Positions 1 to 12,500 of a DNA stretch of 64,000 bases are shown here, in pieces (positions within the stretch are counted from its first letter, which is position 1; each line of letters begins with the position of its first letter). Under the pieces are notes generated by a model. The model was not told the DNA's origin. It did no database searches and saw only the letters and a program-made list of their open reading frames with translations. The position numbers were made by a program, and so were the translations under genes. The stretch is taken from positions 1,432,526 to 1,496,525 of the forward strand of contig BCKQ01000003.1 in assembly GCA_001600695.1 (NCBI GenBank), in the 5' to 3' direction. The DNA comes from Ascoidea asiatica JCM 7603. Its lineage: Eukaryota > Fungi > Ascomycota.

Positions 1-3000
1 GGAACTGTTACACATGAAACGTAGTTACATTCCATATGACCAAAAATAAATTGGTTTAGGAACATCCGCTGTGAACCTACTAAAAAATTAGCGGTATTGT
101 TTAAGACTATGATAGAGGTTGTGGTAGGATGGATAAATGCTTTAGTTCACGTAAATTTTAAATGGTCTCACAGGTTCTTTGAAACAAAATGCAACAACGT
201 TTATTACTTTAGATAATGTTCCAACATTAGGGGAATTAATAAAGAGTTTGGGGACTATTGGCGCAGTTAGTGGTAATTCCAGTATGCATTCTATTTCTTG
301 CAATACGTTCGGAACTGATAAGAAGAAAGACAAAGGTGATAAAACAAAGTCTGAAATGAATATTTCCAGTTTATATTCCAAGAATAAAAATCATGTTAAA
401 TATCACTGCTTTAAATTAAAGAAAGACAAATCTGTAGGTGATCAGAGTAATGATGATTCTGGTAGGGTAAATTCATTATTGGGTAATGCGGGCCTAGACA
501 CATTGAACACTCTTACTATTAGTTTAGTTAATTTTAATAACACTCATTTCTCTAACAAAGTAAAGTTAGATTCTGGTACAAATGTTTGTCTTACAGCTTA
601 CTTGGAAGTTTTTCATAACAATGAAGTCTTTAAACATTCCAGCCTTAAATGCGAAGGTCTTGGTGGTGAGCAATTTAAACCACGAGGAAATGGAAAATTC
701 ATTCTAAGACTAAAAAATCAAATAAACAAACTTGCAGTTTTATATGTGCCTGATATTTCCAAAACAATTTTATCAGTCACTGTTATGAAAAAGGGAAATA
801 TTCCTCCAAATTTCAATTCAGAAATAATGGAATATAAATATAATACAAATAATTTTCTTGTTATTGACAAAATTCCATAGTTAGAAAAAATGTATGGGAT
901 TAAAAATTATAAAAGTACTAATAGAATAAAAGTTATAGGAGCTAGATTACATGAAAAACTCGGCAATACATCCACGGTAAGATTAAAATCTAGCTACAAA
1001 ATATGGTGCAATAACAATTCAAAGTGACAATGAAACAGCTGATGATGCTACCTCTGATACTTGTAAAATAGGAAAATTAACAAACTTGCTTAAAGAGTAA
1101 GTAATTACTGTATTCAAAATTTAAATATGTAGGAAGTAGTAGAAATGGATTTTATTAGCCCTTTTTTTCAAATAGTAGAGATCTAAATAGGGTAGAAAAC
1201 AAAGTGGTACTCACACCTTAGGTGCTGAACGGCTAAAAGACACTTAAATATAGTATAGTTAACACAGTCATGTAAATACAATAATATTTATACAATATCC
1301 ACAATTAAGAATAAAGATGCACATATAATCACAAATATTCATAGCCTTGCCTAAGTTGCATCAGGCAGCATTCATAATACATATATTTACAAGCGGACGC
1401 ATGCGGATCTCTACATGTAGACAGCTAGCAGAACCTCAAGTTATATTCTACTGACATAGCATAGCAGCTCCGCATTTCGGTCAGGTAGAGCGTACAAATT
1501 AGAAAAGACCTTGAGATTGGTACCAGTAATAGTCGAAAAGCCCTTAGGACCATATTAAAGGGAATCCACTCCGTAAGGATAGCATAAATGATCAGTCCGG
1601 ATTTAGCCTATCTCCTGATAGATGTTAAACCCGAAATGCCCACCGGATCCAAACGGGACTCTGTCTAGATGGTTGAATTGCTCAACCCTGGTTTGATGTA
1701 AGATAATAATTATTACTGTATAGGCCGACTTGTGTCGGAACCAAGAGGAGTTTCGTGGGGATAGTCTCCTAAGAGTGTATCGCTTAATCCGGTTTCCGGA
1801 GTTAATATTATTCCCATAAATAGCTCCCGTCTGTACGTCACTGGCAGGTTGGCTAATTGCTGAACCGTGGTAAAACTTAATAAGAATTTCAATTGATAAT
1901 TAATCAAATTTTGAAACCTTTTTATATGGTAAGCTTAATTCCGAGCCAGATTCTACCAGTAATTGTAGCATTTTCGGCAATTGCTGAAAAATTCCGATGG
2001 GTGTTCCGGAAGCATATAGGAATGCGGAACTAATATAATAACAATAGATTTGATCTTATTTTTTTAAATTATTTGATTTAATTTTCTGTTTAGATCATCT
2101 ATTGCGACGAGTTTAATGACTAATACATATAAAGTAGAATTTTTATAGTGGATTTTGTAAAATGAATGCAAATGCACCGGAGTAGTAGCTTTCAACCAAA
2201 ATTTGCTAAGGTAGTTACGGATAAAAAAACTAGTTTTACAAGTACGCATTTTCTCATATCAAAAAGTGAGGTATTAAATAAAATTATTGAATTTAAAGAG
2301 TTTGTTGAAAGACAATTTCACTCAAAAACTAAACAACTATTTTTATATAATAGTCGTGAATTCAAAAATAACGAATTTTTACAGTTCTTTGAGAAGTTTG
2401 CTGTTAAACTTATGTATAGTTTCCCTTATTCAACACCTGCAAATGGTAGTGCTGAGACATCTAATAGATTTTTAATAAAAATTGCTAGGACTTTAATGGA
2501 AATTCTTCATTACCTAAAATTTAGGCTTATTCTGTTTAGGAATTGCGACACGAATTGGTTACTAATATGTACAATACCTTAATCACAAGTGGCGGATATC
2601 ATCGTGTTACCCGGAAGGTACTTGATGCTAATAAGGTTATTCCTTTATGTTCTAATGTTTATATTAAATTACTACCAGTTGAGTGGAAAGTTGCAGAAAA
2701 AAAGATTGATGGAGTTTACTTAATGACGTTTACCAATTAATATGGTCACATTGTTTAGATCCAACCAATGGATAAAAGTATTGGCACAACACTATGTATC
2801 CTACAAAAGAAAGATAGTATAGTGACAGAAATTATAATTCAGATATGATTTATGATACTTTTTCAAATAATGATGAAACCTATACATATCAAGAAGACTC
2901 AGAAGTAATGCTTGAGAATAAAGGAATTAATGATACAGATCAAGGATTGGCATCCACCAATGGAAACAGAGATACTACTGTAGCTCTAGAAAGAAGTGGA

Positions 3001-3600
3001 TATATTACCAAAGTTGCAGTTACTGAACTGGTTAAAGAACCTAATACAACAGTTGGTTCGGATATTGTTGAATTAACGTGAGATATTCTTGAGCAAAATG
3101 AAAATTCTGCCGAAAGAATAATCACAGATGATGTGGAGCGTCCTACCGTGGATGGTGAGAATTATACAAATAAGGACAGGGAGATAAAGGAGAGAATGAA
3201 ACTTAAAAGACGATTTCATACAATTCCAGAAGAAAGTTTTCATTCGGAAAAAAAATCAAAAGCTTTCTTCTTTGAAGCTACTCTTAGGGTTATTAAGTAC
3301 TTGGCAATTAATGTAAATCAAGTCAATGATAATAAGTTAACCACAAATATCATTTATGTTCTTAAATTAAGATGTAGAAATCTAATAAATAAAAAATAAC
3401 AAAATAAGAAATCTAATTCTAAATTTAGTAGTTGAAAACTTCAATATGTTACAACACCTACTAAAAAGAATCCAATTCCACTTTTATGGATATTCACTTA
3501 TGAACAATCTCCTGATAATAATTCAAAAAGAAAAACATGAGTGGTTCTTTCTGGTGATAAAGGAACTGAGAATGATACATATTGTAGTAGTTGTTACAAA
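1..3600 (+). mobile_element. Degenerate Ty1/copia LTR retrotransposon (gag-PR-IN-start of RT), 5' end outside window, interrupted by a ~1 kb insertion
   Basis: ORF 179..880 has a decayed zinc knuckle (HVKYHCFK) and protease motif KLDSGT plus LYVPDISKTILSV. Past the TAG at 878-880 the frame continues LHEKLGN and later DTCKIGK (integrase Zn finger), then EMDFISPF (~1142-1165). ORF 2166..2582 has the integrase core VVTDKKTSF...SKSEV...YNSREF...PYSTPANGSAE. Around 3473-3580 the sequence reads PIPLLWIFTYE...KT*VVLSGDK (copia RT start). Order PR-IN-RT is copia. Many stops and frameshifts. Confidence 0.88.
1196..2209. mobile_element. ~1.0 kb non-coding insertion inside the copia integrase (possible solo LTR of another family)
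   Basis: Separates integrase motifs MDFISP (left) and VVTDKKTSF (right) that are normally ~15 codons apart. Flanked by GGTAG at 1191-1195 and 2210-2214. Visibly GC-richer than its flanks, with no credible ORF. Confidence 0.65.
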
Positions 3601-4828
3601 TCCAGAGATCCCTGAGGTTTTTCGATTTTTTCTACCTCGCTTAGTCTCACAGTTCAGGATTTAACCTAAACATCCTAATCAGATTATTCAACAGTTCAGC
3701 TAGAAGAGACAGACGTTAGCACTTGTTTCTCAAGTTATTTATGGATAGAATCAATAGTACTTAAAAGAATTGAAAATTCTTCTCAATAAACTTAGTGTAT
3801 CTTCAACCAATAATAAATGAGTAGACAAAAAAAATATTAATAATAAAAGAAAATAAAATTAATTAATAAAACACATCTATAATAACAAATAGAAAAAATA
3901 AGTACTATACTTAGTTTGGAACTGAATTATCTTATCTTGCCGTATTAGTTTCATTAATTTCAATTTACGTTAACTTGTTTTGTTTAATAAAATCTTTCTA
4001 ATATTTGTTGGAGTTAAAGCTATAAAAGGATTAGTTTGTATTGGCACATACTATTAAAAGCGAAGATAATTTGAGCTGTATAATATTTTTATGAGAAACT
4101 TAAATAAAAAAGCTTAGTAATCTTTTTAATTTTTTATTAGAGATAATTTGATGAAATTGTTAGTATAATAATTGATACTTAAGAACGGAGAACTATAGCT
4201 AACGATAGTTGACAAAATTAGTATCTGTAAAAACAAAAATATAAAATTTGAAAAAACATAGAGCAACGGAAAATGGGGAATGGCAAACACATAATTTGTA
4301 TAGTAATATTGATGCAGCGCAAAATGCGAAACAGAAAACTGAAGTTCTGAAAAGATGAAAAATCAAAATATGAACAAACAATAAATATAAATTTGTAGTT
4401 GCTTAAAATTGAATTCATTAAATTTGTAGCAAAAAGTTGAAAATAACAAGTGGAATAAAAAGAATAAGAACGGAATGATCTTGAGCTTTAAGTTACAGCG
4501 CTGATCTGTTTAATTTCAAAAAATTGTTAGTCTAATTATTTTTATGGAAACACGCATCTAACTTACATCTGACATTGAAATTTCGTTTAAATGTTTGTAA
4601 TTATCTACTAAAATGCTTTAACCAGAAAGGAATGATTTGGTTTATTATAACAATCAGATAAAGGGATTTAGAATTGTTGTATTGGTTTTATAAAATGTGT
4701 TGGATAATGTAAAAATATTTTATGTTGAAAAAATTGTGTTTTTTTATTTTGGTTTGTTCGGTTCTCTGTAGGTGTAAATAATGGTTGAAATTCTGAATGC
4801 TCAAATAAATTTTTAAATGATATTATAA

Positions 4829-5350
4829 TTTCCTTCCTCCCTCTGCTGAAAATGGATGTAATTGTTTAAAACTATTCAAAAATCTTTTTTCTAATTTAAC
4901 TGGAATAGATTTGGATATTTCTTCTGTGATAATAATTGTAGTTTTTTGGGTTACAATATTTATGACTGATTTCATAGCCTTTGCCTTATTATTATATGTT
5001 GGAATTTCTCAAATTTGACTAATTTGATTTGCTCCTGACATTAGTGGGATGAAATTTTATTATTATTATTTTGTGAATATTGTGAAAACGAATATTCATT
5101 AAAGTAGATTAAATTGAACGCTAAATCAATTTTTTGTAATCCAATTGGTATTTCTAATTTATATGAATTGTCACTATAATTTTTGAGAACCTTTAAAAAT
5201 TGATTGATCTTTATTAGTATAATTAGTGATGGCTTTTTTATATACTAATACAAATTCTCCCATTTTAAATGTTTTCTCTAATAATTTTTTCCTTAAAATT
5301 TCTCTTCAGTTAATTGAAGCTTTCTGACTTACTTTTCTTCCGGGTGATAT
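4829..5350 (-). mobile_element. Ty3/gypsy relic: integrase C-terminal (GPY/F) region and polypurine tract
   Basis: Manual minus-strand translation with frameshifts gives KTFKMGEFVLVYKK...KDQSIFKGSQK and SDNSYKLEIP...AFNL, matching the F.VGD.VLV...K..P.F.GP...N.Y.L.LP pattern. It ends in purine tract AGAGGGAGGAAGGAAA (4844-4829) followed by TTATAATA (possible decayed TG start of a 3' LTR). Confidence 0.7.
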
Positions 5351-5724
5351 ATAATAATTGCCTACAACTTTGTAATAAAGACACCGCTGTTAGAAAATAT
5401 CTCATCTGCGTTCCGCATTATTGTAAAAAAGCAAAATGTCTTGAAAAATATAAAAATATTTTAAGAGATTTACAACATTGACAAAGTTCCTGAGAAGCGT
5501 AAACGGTATTGCGCATCTTTCCATTAAAGTAAAATATGTTAAAAGAGTATTAAAATATTATAGAAACTTTGTTATTATTAAAAAGTGCTTACCAGCTCCG
5601 AAATTTACCTGCGCTGCTTAAATGAAAAGGTGTTTGTGTAGTATCACTACCTTAAATATATTAACACTGCTTACATTTTCAGGAATGTGTTTGTGTAGCA
5701 AAACTACAATTAGTTACAGTTCTT

Positions 5725-6102
5725 TGTTACTCAAATTACATTTAATTTTCATAATTAAAAACTCAAGTATTAATTATCTGAATTAATATGAAAGGATCTA
5801 ACAAAAAATGATATAAATTAAATAGAGCAAGATACAATATATAGAATAGACGATTATGGCAAACAAAAGAAAATATTAAAAAGAAGAGCAATACAGCTAT
5901 TATTACTAATATTAATATTAAGGAAAGAATTAATAACATATTGAATATATAGCATCATAAATGGACCAATAATTTAACATTTAATCTCATTTAAATGTTA
6001 TTTTTAAAAAAAAATCAATAAAGAGTTTCAACAATCCATACTCATCTTACACCGAAATCACCAGTATTTGGTATGTCAGATATAAATCAACATCTTCCCC
6101 TA
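5725..6102 (-). mobile_element. Probable 3' LTR with polypurine tract
   Basis: Minus strand reads AGGGGAAGA then TGTTGA (LTR start at 6092). A possible end ...GTAACA at 5725 gives ~370 bp. No second copy was seen, so the end is uncertain. Confidence 0.45.
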
Positions 6103-7621
6103 CGGCAGATAGCACTGCCAAATGTCAGATAATTGTCAATTAGTGAAAATTCAATTTTCATTTGGAACTACTGCTTGTTGGGTAGTCTTCCACATTTATT
6201 GTTAAACCTGTGGTGTGACTTAAGTAAGAAGGCGGAGCTGGGTAAGGTTATCTGCAAAATAGATATACTATTTAACTTATAGTTCTGAGCTTCTCATATA
6301 CACAATTACTCTGCTTTTTCTTGAAAAACTCCGAATTCTCGAATAGTCCTGAGTTTGTGGGTTAATGTTCAGTTTTACTTGTGGTTCAATAATCTGTTTT
6401 GAAATTTCGATCATTCTACAAAATTGAATATATACATTTTGCGTACTTACAAACTATGTACTAATGAATTAACACTTGCTAATCGATGATCTAAAAAGAA
6501 AACTAAATAACTTATATGTAAAAAAAATAAATTGAGATCGATTCCTTTTATATTAATTCTGGATTTCTACGGGCTCCGCAGAACTATCGAGAATTCTCGG
6601 GAATTCCCAAAACCGCCAGGCTTCCTTCGGAGAATCAGGGTGGGAAGCAAGTATACCTTTTAGAAACGGCTGAAAAATAGATTAAAAATCAATTGAAACT
6701 CACATTTCAACTTTACAATAGTATACCAAACGGTCCACTTTCTTGTGGGGTAGACAATGAAACTAATTGTCCGGAATGATCTCTAATCCCGAACCTCGCA
6801 CACGAAATTGCTTCTTTCGGGACTAGATCTACTAGTATCCTGTTTACTCCAAGACAATTCGCTCTACGCTGTAAGGAATCGATTCAAATTAAATTAAAAT
6901 CACTTACTCCCATTTGTCATTTATTCGTCCACGGTTTCAATTTCCGAATATATTCCGTCCCAGCCTATCCTTTAACATTTGTCTAATTTCTTTAGCAAGT
7001 TAACGTCATTTTATGGATCTCCTCCGAGTAAACCTTTTTTCAAATTCATATACTATTTTTACATAATATCCCCCCCAATCAACAATTTCCCCTCCTTGGT
7101 CAAGTTTTGAGTCTCACGATCCAACTATTAAGTCTCTCATAAAAACTACCATTATTATTTATGTTCAACACTTTAGTTTCATAGGTCATTGTTTCAGCAT
7201 CAGCATCCCCAGTTGAATCTCTTACAACAATATCCATCATTTGCATGTGAAATCAATTAGTGGTATCTTCCACATTTTCAGCCTCAAAATCAAACAATTT
7301 TTCTTTTACAGTTTCGCCACCAACGCTGACGCTTACAATTTCAACAACTATTTGTCATTTTTACTACTTACAATCTTACAATTTCAACAATTATTTTTAA
7401 ATATTCATGCCTTCAAAATCTGTATAAATACTGTTATATTTCTTTTTTTATTATTTTAAATTATCTGAATATTAGGCAATAACTTAGCAACAATTAAGCA
7501 ACAATCAAGCAATTTTAAGAGTTAAAAGTTAATCAACAATAAAAGATTTTAAATCAATATATTAAAGAGTAAAATTAAATTAAGAAATCTAATTTTTTTT
7601 GGATCACCCCCCCCTCCTTGT

Positions 7622-8188
7622 TACACTTCGTTGGTCGTACCTTTGGTTGTTAATAGTAAGCATTTTGAGCTACTATTTAAAACTCGTCGGCACCTGGTGA
7701 TATTAATTATCGTATTGGGTGAGTAGGATTGTTAATAATCTTACAACGGTACACATATTCGAATATTCACAACTTGCGGTAAAGCGACTGTTGCTACTAA
7801 CGAGTTTAAGGTGTTCTCCCAATTGATCGCTGGAGATATGGTATACAGAGCTACGATTATTAAGCCTATGGAGTTCAAAGAAGATATGTAAAAATACAGG
7901 GTCAGCGCAGGTGAAGAATCAATCATGGCCGAGGCTAAAAGACTGTTGAATAAAACAGATAATCCTGAAATGGCTATGCTCAATCTAGCACAAATTAAAT
8001 AGCACTACACAATTGCAACCCAAGACAGTAACCGCCAAGATATTGGCATTGACAGTAAAGATATTTATGTTCCAAAAAATGATGATATTCCAAAAATGAA
8101 AAAAAGTAAAAGACGACAGTACTTTGTATCTCAAAAAATTAAAGCCAAGCAGATTTATTTTAAGGACAGTATTTTAACCGTACATTAG
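7622..8188 (+). pseudogene. Stop-interrupted reading frame of unknown origin (~189 codons)
   Basis: One frame without frameshifts: YTSLVVPLVVNSKHFELLFK...YNGTHIRIFTTCGKATVATNEFKVFSQLIAGDMVYRATIIKPMEFKEDM*KYRVSAGEESIMAEAKRLLNKTDNPEMAMLNLAQIK*HY...SILTVH*. Five internal TAA/TAG stops, more G/C-ending codons than host genes, followed by (AATA)4 at 8189-8204. Confidence 0.5.
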
Positions 8189-8339
8189 AATAAATAAATA
8201 AATAAATTAATGCATACCTTTCAGCGGCATTGATTTACCGCAGACCACTAGCGTGGCACAGCAAAGGGGATTAGACTTATGAATATGTCACATTGCCTAT
8301 CATGTCTTATTACATCTTTTAAGGTAAAATGTGTTTCCC

Positions 8340-9529
8340 TTTTCACTGGTTAATAATATGCCAAGTACAGGTAAGTATCCAATAACGGACCAGTTGATCA
8401 GAGTTGACTGATTCATTTGATCTGATGCATTCCGGCGATCTAATATCATCTAAGTCAGGATGCAGTCTCTCACAGAAAGAACATAATTCAAAAATTGGAT
8501 CATTTAAAAAAGAAAAATATTTCTTGGGTGGATTTGGGGTATATATGGCATAAGTGATAGGAGATCTATGAGCATAAAATCCAAGATAATTTATATTTTC
8601 TAAATTCTTAGGAATTTCATCTTTGAAATGAACATTTTTCTTTTTCAGCTAGGCATTATATAAATATTAAATGCTCTCTGATTTGTTATCATAAAAAGCA
8701 ACGAAAAAGAGAAGTATTAGAAGTAAATGATGGTGAAGATTTATTTTTTTCTACAATTTTCGATAAGTTAATGCTTAAATTTTGGAAATCATTGGTAAAT
8801 TCTTCTGGTAGGTTTGAAGGAATCTTGGAAGCAGAGCCTAAAGTTGGAGTTGATAGAGTTGATGAAGAAGTAGGTTCTTCATAGTTTTTGTTAAATCTAT
8901 TTTGATAATTCGGGGAAGAATATTCAAATGATGATTCAAGTTCCTTAGATTTTTGGTGTGCCTTTTCATAAGAGAAGGTACTATCTGTTGGATCATGTTT
9001 AGCAAATGAAGAATAATGATTTAAATCCCTAATGAAATCTTTCCAATTTTTGTCAGGATTAGTAACTCTTTGGTTTGACAATAATTTTTGATGTAGTTGA
9101 AGGATACGAGGGAATGGTGAGAGTAAATAAGAATGGATATTTGTTTTCAAAGGAATGATAAATACTTCTCCAAGGAATTTTATTTTCTAAACTTTTTTGA
9201 TCTTTTATCATTTAATCAATAATAGAAATTAGTGTTCCAATTTCATTTTCAGATTCCTCATTAGAATTTGCTTTGATTTCTTTGTAGTTTTTTTTTAATA
9301 TATTCTTGAAATCATTGTGTCTTCTAATATGTTTTGGTATTCTATGAAGAGCGTCAGTATAATAATTCCTGTTTATTTTATAATAACGTTCATAATCTAA
9401 GAATAAAACTGTGAAGAAAATATGAAGCTTTTTAGATACCTTTGTTGTAAGATGATTGATAACAGAATATTCAGGGATAAAATATAATGTTACATGATCA
9501 TTAAAATTGTGAAAATAACTATTAATCAT
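8340..9529 (-). pseudogene. Decayed gag-like reading frame of a second retroelement (possibly gypsy type)
   Basis: ORFs 9212..9529 and 8689..9150 are not RT/RNaseH-like. The second ends in a broken zinc-knuckle-like string RCFL**QIREHLIFI*C, and a further open stretch (~8640-8340) contains CSFCERLH. Confidence 0.5.
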
Positions 9530-12500
9530 AGATGGCTATTAGTAAACCAGTTGATGATTTAAAACAGCAGTGGTCTGATAGTAGTTGAGTACATTCTAGC
9601 AGAAGTAGAATGTTTTTAAAATGAAGGAAAAATGATAAAGGATATTGTCTTACACCATAAAGAGCTTTCTTCAATTTAACATGTTTTTTGATAAATTGGG
9701 CATTAAATCCTTTTGGCGTTCTAACAAAATAATTGTCTTCAAGAATTGTACCATGAAGAATAGCTCTTGAAATATCAAGTGTTTTAATCTTAAGCCTGTA
9801 ATGTGCAGCGTATGAAAGGAGAATTCTAAAATGATGCTTATTCAAAATAGGACTACTGAATTGAAATTTTGATAGTGTTGCATCATCAAACTTTTCGAGT
9901 TGGCCATATACAACAAGTCTTGCTTTATGCATAAGATTTAAACTGATATTATCAAGTTTCATATTAAATATCCATCCTGCAGCAAATACCTTTGCACTCT
10001 TTGGTAAAAAATCAGTGCCTTCAAACACTTCAAATTGTGTAATTTGATTCTTTTGAATGTTGATAGCATCTTCCCAAGCATGATATTGGATTGCATGTGG
10101 ATAAGATTTAGGAATAAACTGATCATCAGATAAATTAATTTCCAAATCTAAATTTGTTGGTGGAAGAAATTTATCGTCTAAATGACTGTTCTTGGAGTCA
10201 ACTTTTGTTTCAATAGTCGTTGGTTGAGAAACAAGTGTTTGATATATTGGATTTGCCGAGCCAGGATTTGTAGCTTTGGCAATAATTGACAAAACTTTGT
10301 TAAAAACATTACAAGAATCAAGTACTCTAATCTCTGTAACTCTTGCAATTGAATCTAACAAAAAAGTTGTAGTTGCGTTACCACCCTTATAAGTACATGA
10401 GTACTCATTATATCCAAGAAATATTCCATATTCCCAGCTATTTGTGTTATGTCTATACAATACATCAAATCCAAATAGAGGAAAGGTAAGCTTATTTGGC
10501 TGTCTCTCATAAAATACAAATAAAGGAATCTCATTAGTTGAGGAGTGAATTTGCCTGTTTATTAAATCACAAGCAAATTCTGTAGCTTTATTAAATAGAT
10601 GTTCATAATAAACAGAGGGAGGGGTGATGAAATAAAATTCTTGATGTCATATATTTAACTTTTCTAATACCAGATTCCAATCTACCATTATGGAAAAATG
10701 CATATCCGTCTGGTAGTCCAATCATTGTATTATATTTAGATTTTTTGTACTCTGTTCCGATATCAATTTTTAATTCAGGTTCATTTAAATTTAATCTACT
10801 CCTCCATTTTGAAAGAATTTTATCTATTTCAGGGCTAACAGAAGCTTTGTCATTCACAGTAAATGCAGTTGTGAATCTACTGTAATCATCCATTATAATA
10901 ACTCGGTATTTGTCATTGTTTGTCCTGTGATGTCTGAATGTACAATTTGGAGCTTTCTGACTGTTAGTTTAGCTAGCAAAGTTGTATTGTGAGAATTATT
11001 TTTCACATTAATTAATTTGCAAATTTGACACAGTTCAATTTTGAATTTTTCATCTTTGGTTATTTTGTATTGTAGCTTAAGCATTGCTGAAGCAGATAGA
11101 TGACCTAATGAATAGTGTAATTTAACTATTTTATCTTCGGGAATACCTAAATATTTTTCATTAAGACTAGGAAGTTTCACTGAATTTATGTCAATAATTG
11201 AATCCTCATTATCCTGTAGAGAATATGAATTATCAACATCTTTTGATCCAGGTGACTAGGTATTTAATTTTTGAATGACTAAACCTGGTTGAGAATTGTT
11301 AAGATGTTATGCAAAGTTAATTGATGCATTTTGTTTGACAATTTCTATATATTTTCTTACAAGAAGTCCATTTTCCTTATGACCTATGATGAAGTTATTG
11401 CAGGAAAGTTTACCATCAAGTAATTGAAAATGTCTGTCATCAAAAGCAGCAAAACTGATTAGGGTTCTGCCATTTTCAATGAGCATAGCTGAACATCTTG
11501 TGAAGAGTAACCAGGAAACATGATAGTCATAGTACCAGTTCCTTTAGTGTACTCTGTGGTATCACCAGTTCCTTTAATTAATACCTGCCTTGTTCTAAAC
11601 TTTTTAAGTAAAGTTCTATCACTGACAACAGAGATGCTAGCCCTTGTATCCCATAAGATAGGATGAGAAGTAGTATTAACATTTCAAAGAAAGAAACAGC
11701 TGTTTCCTTCAGCAAATGAAGTAGTTGATGATGGAGTTTCAGCAGTGTTTGCATTATGTTTGTATGCATTGCTGTTAGTACCATTATACTGTTTTCAATT
11801 ATGATTTTGTGAACCAGAAGATCCTTGATCATTATTATTTAATCAATTTGAGTAGTTATTATTGTTTTTAGACGAATCTTCACTTCTACAACCCATAATT
11901 TTATTTGAATTATTAGATGATATATTACTCTTGTTTATGTGCTCACCAAAAGTATGTTTGGCTTGACAGCCACGAGAATCAGGTTTAGAATCTTTGAAAG
12001 ATTTTTTGTAGTGACCATTACTTTTATTTGAACTAGGAGAATCATTATTATTTGAGGATCGTTTTTGATTAACAGTATTAGAAACATGAGTTTGAGGTGT
12101 TTCTTTACCAAATATAACAACATTAGCATTAGCATTATTATTATGTTGTGGTAAGTTAACATGTTTATGGTTAATCATTTTAATAATTGATTCAAATTTA
12201 ATACCTTTTTCATTGTCAAGTAATTGAAGCAAATACCTTTCAAGATGTTTTGCCAATCCAGCGAATCTTGAACATTCATGTTTGATTCTGATTATTACAT
12301 ACATGGTTTCCCATTCTGTACCAAGTTTTGAAAAGGTTTCTGAAATTCTTTGGATCCATTATTAGGACTATGAAGTATTTGAGGAAAGTTGGTAACTTTT
12401 TCAAAATCCATTCCATTAAGTCTTTGTAGGCAATTTGCGAAGATATTACCATCTGCAACCATGGAATTTAATTCATTCCAGAGTTCGATAGATGATTTGT

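Noticed and set aside
1192-2210. Spliceosomal intron or introner (the insert can be read GT...AG)
   Set aside because: Donor GTAGAA is non-consensus, there is no good branch point near the acceptor, and the host ORF is dead. GT/AG largely derive from the GGTAG repeat.
7400-7606. 3' LTR of the 9522-14859 element after the purine tract at 7607-7619
   Set aside because: No similarity to the 5' LTR at 14544-14859.
7622-8188. TAA/TAG read as Gln (ciliate-type code)
   Set aside because: Host genes in the window terminate with TAA and TAG. Mutational decay is the simpler explanation.
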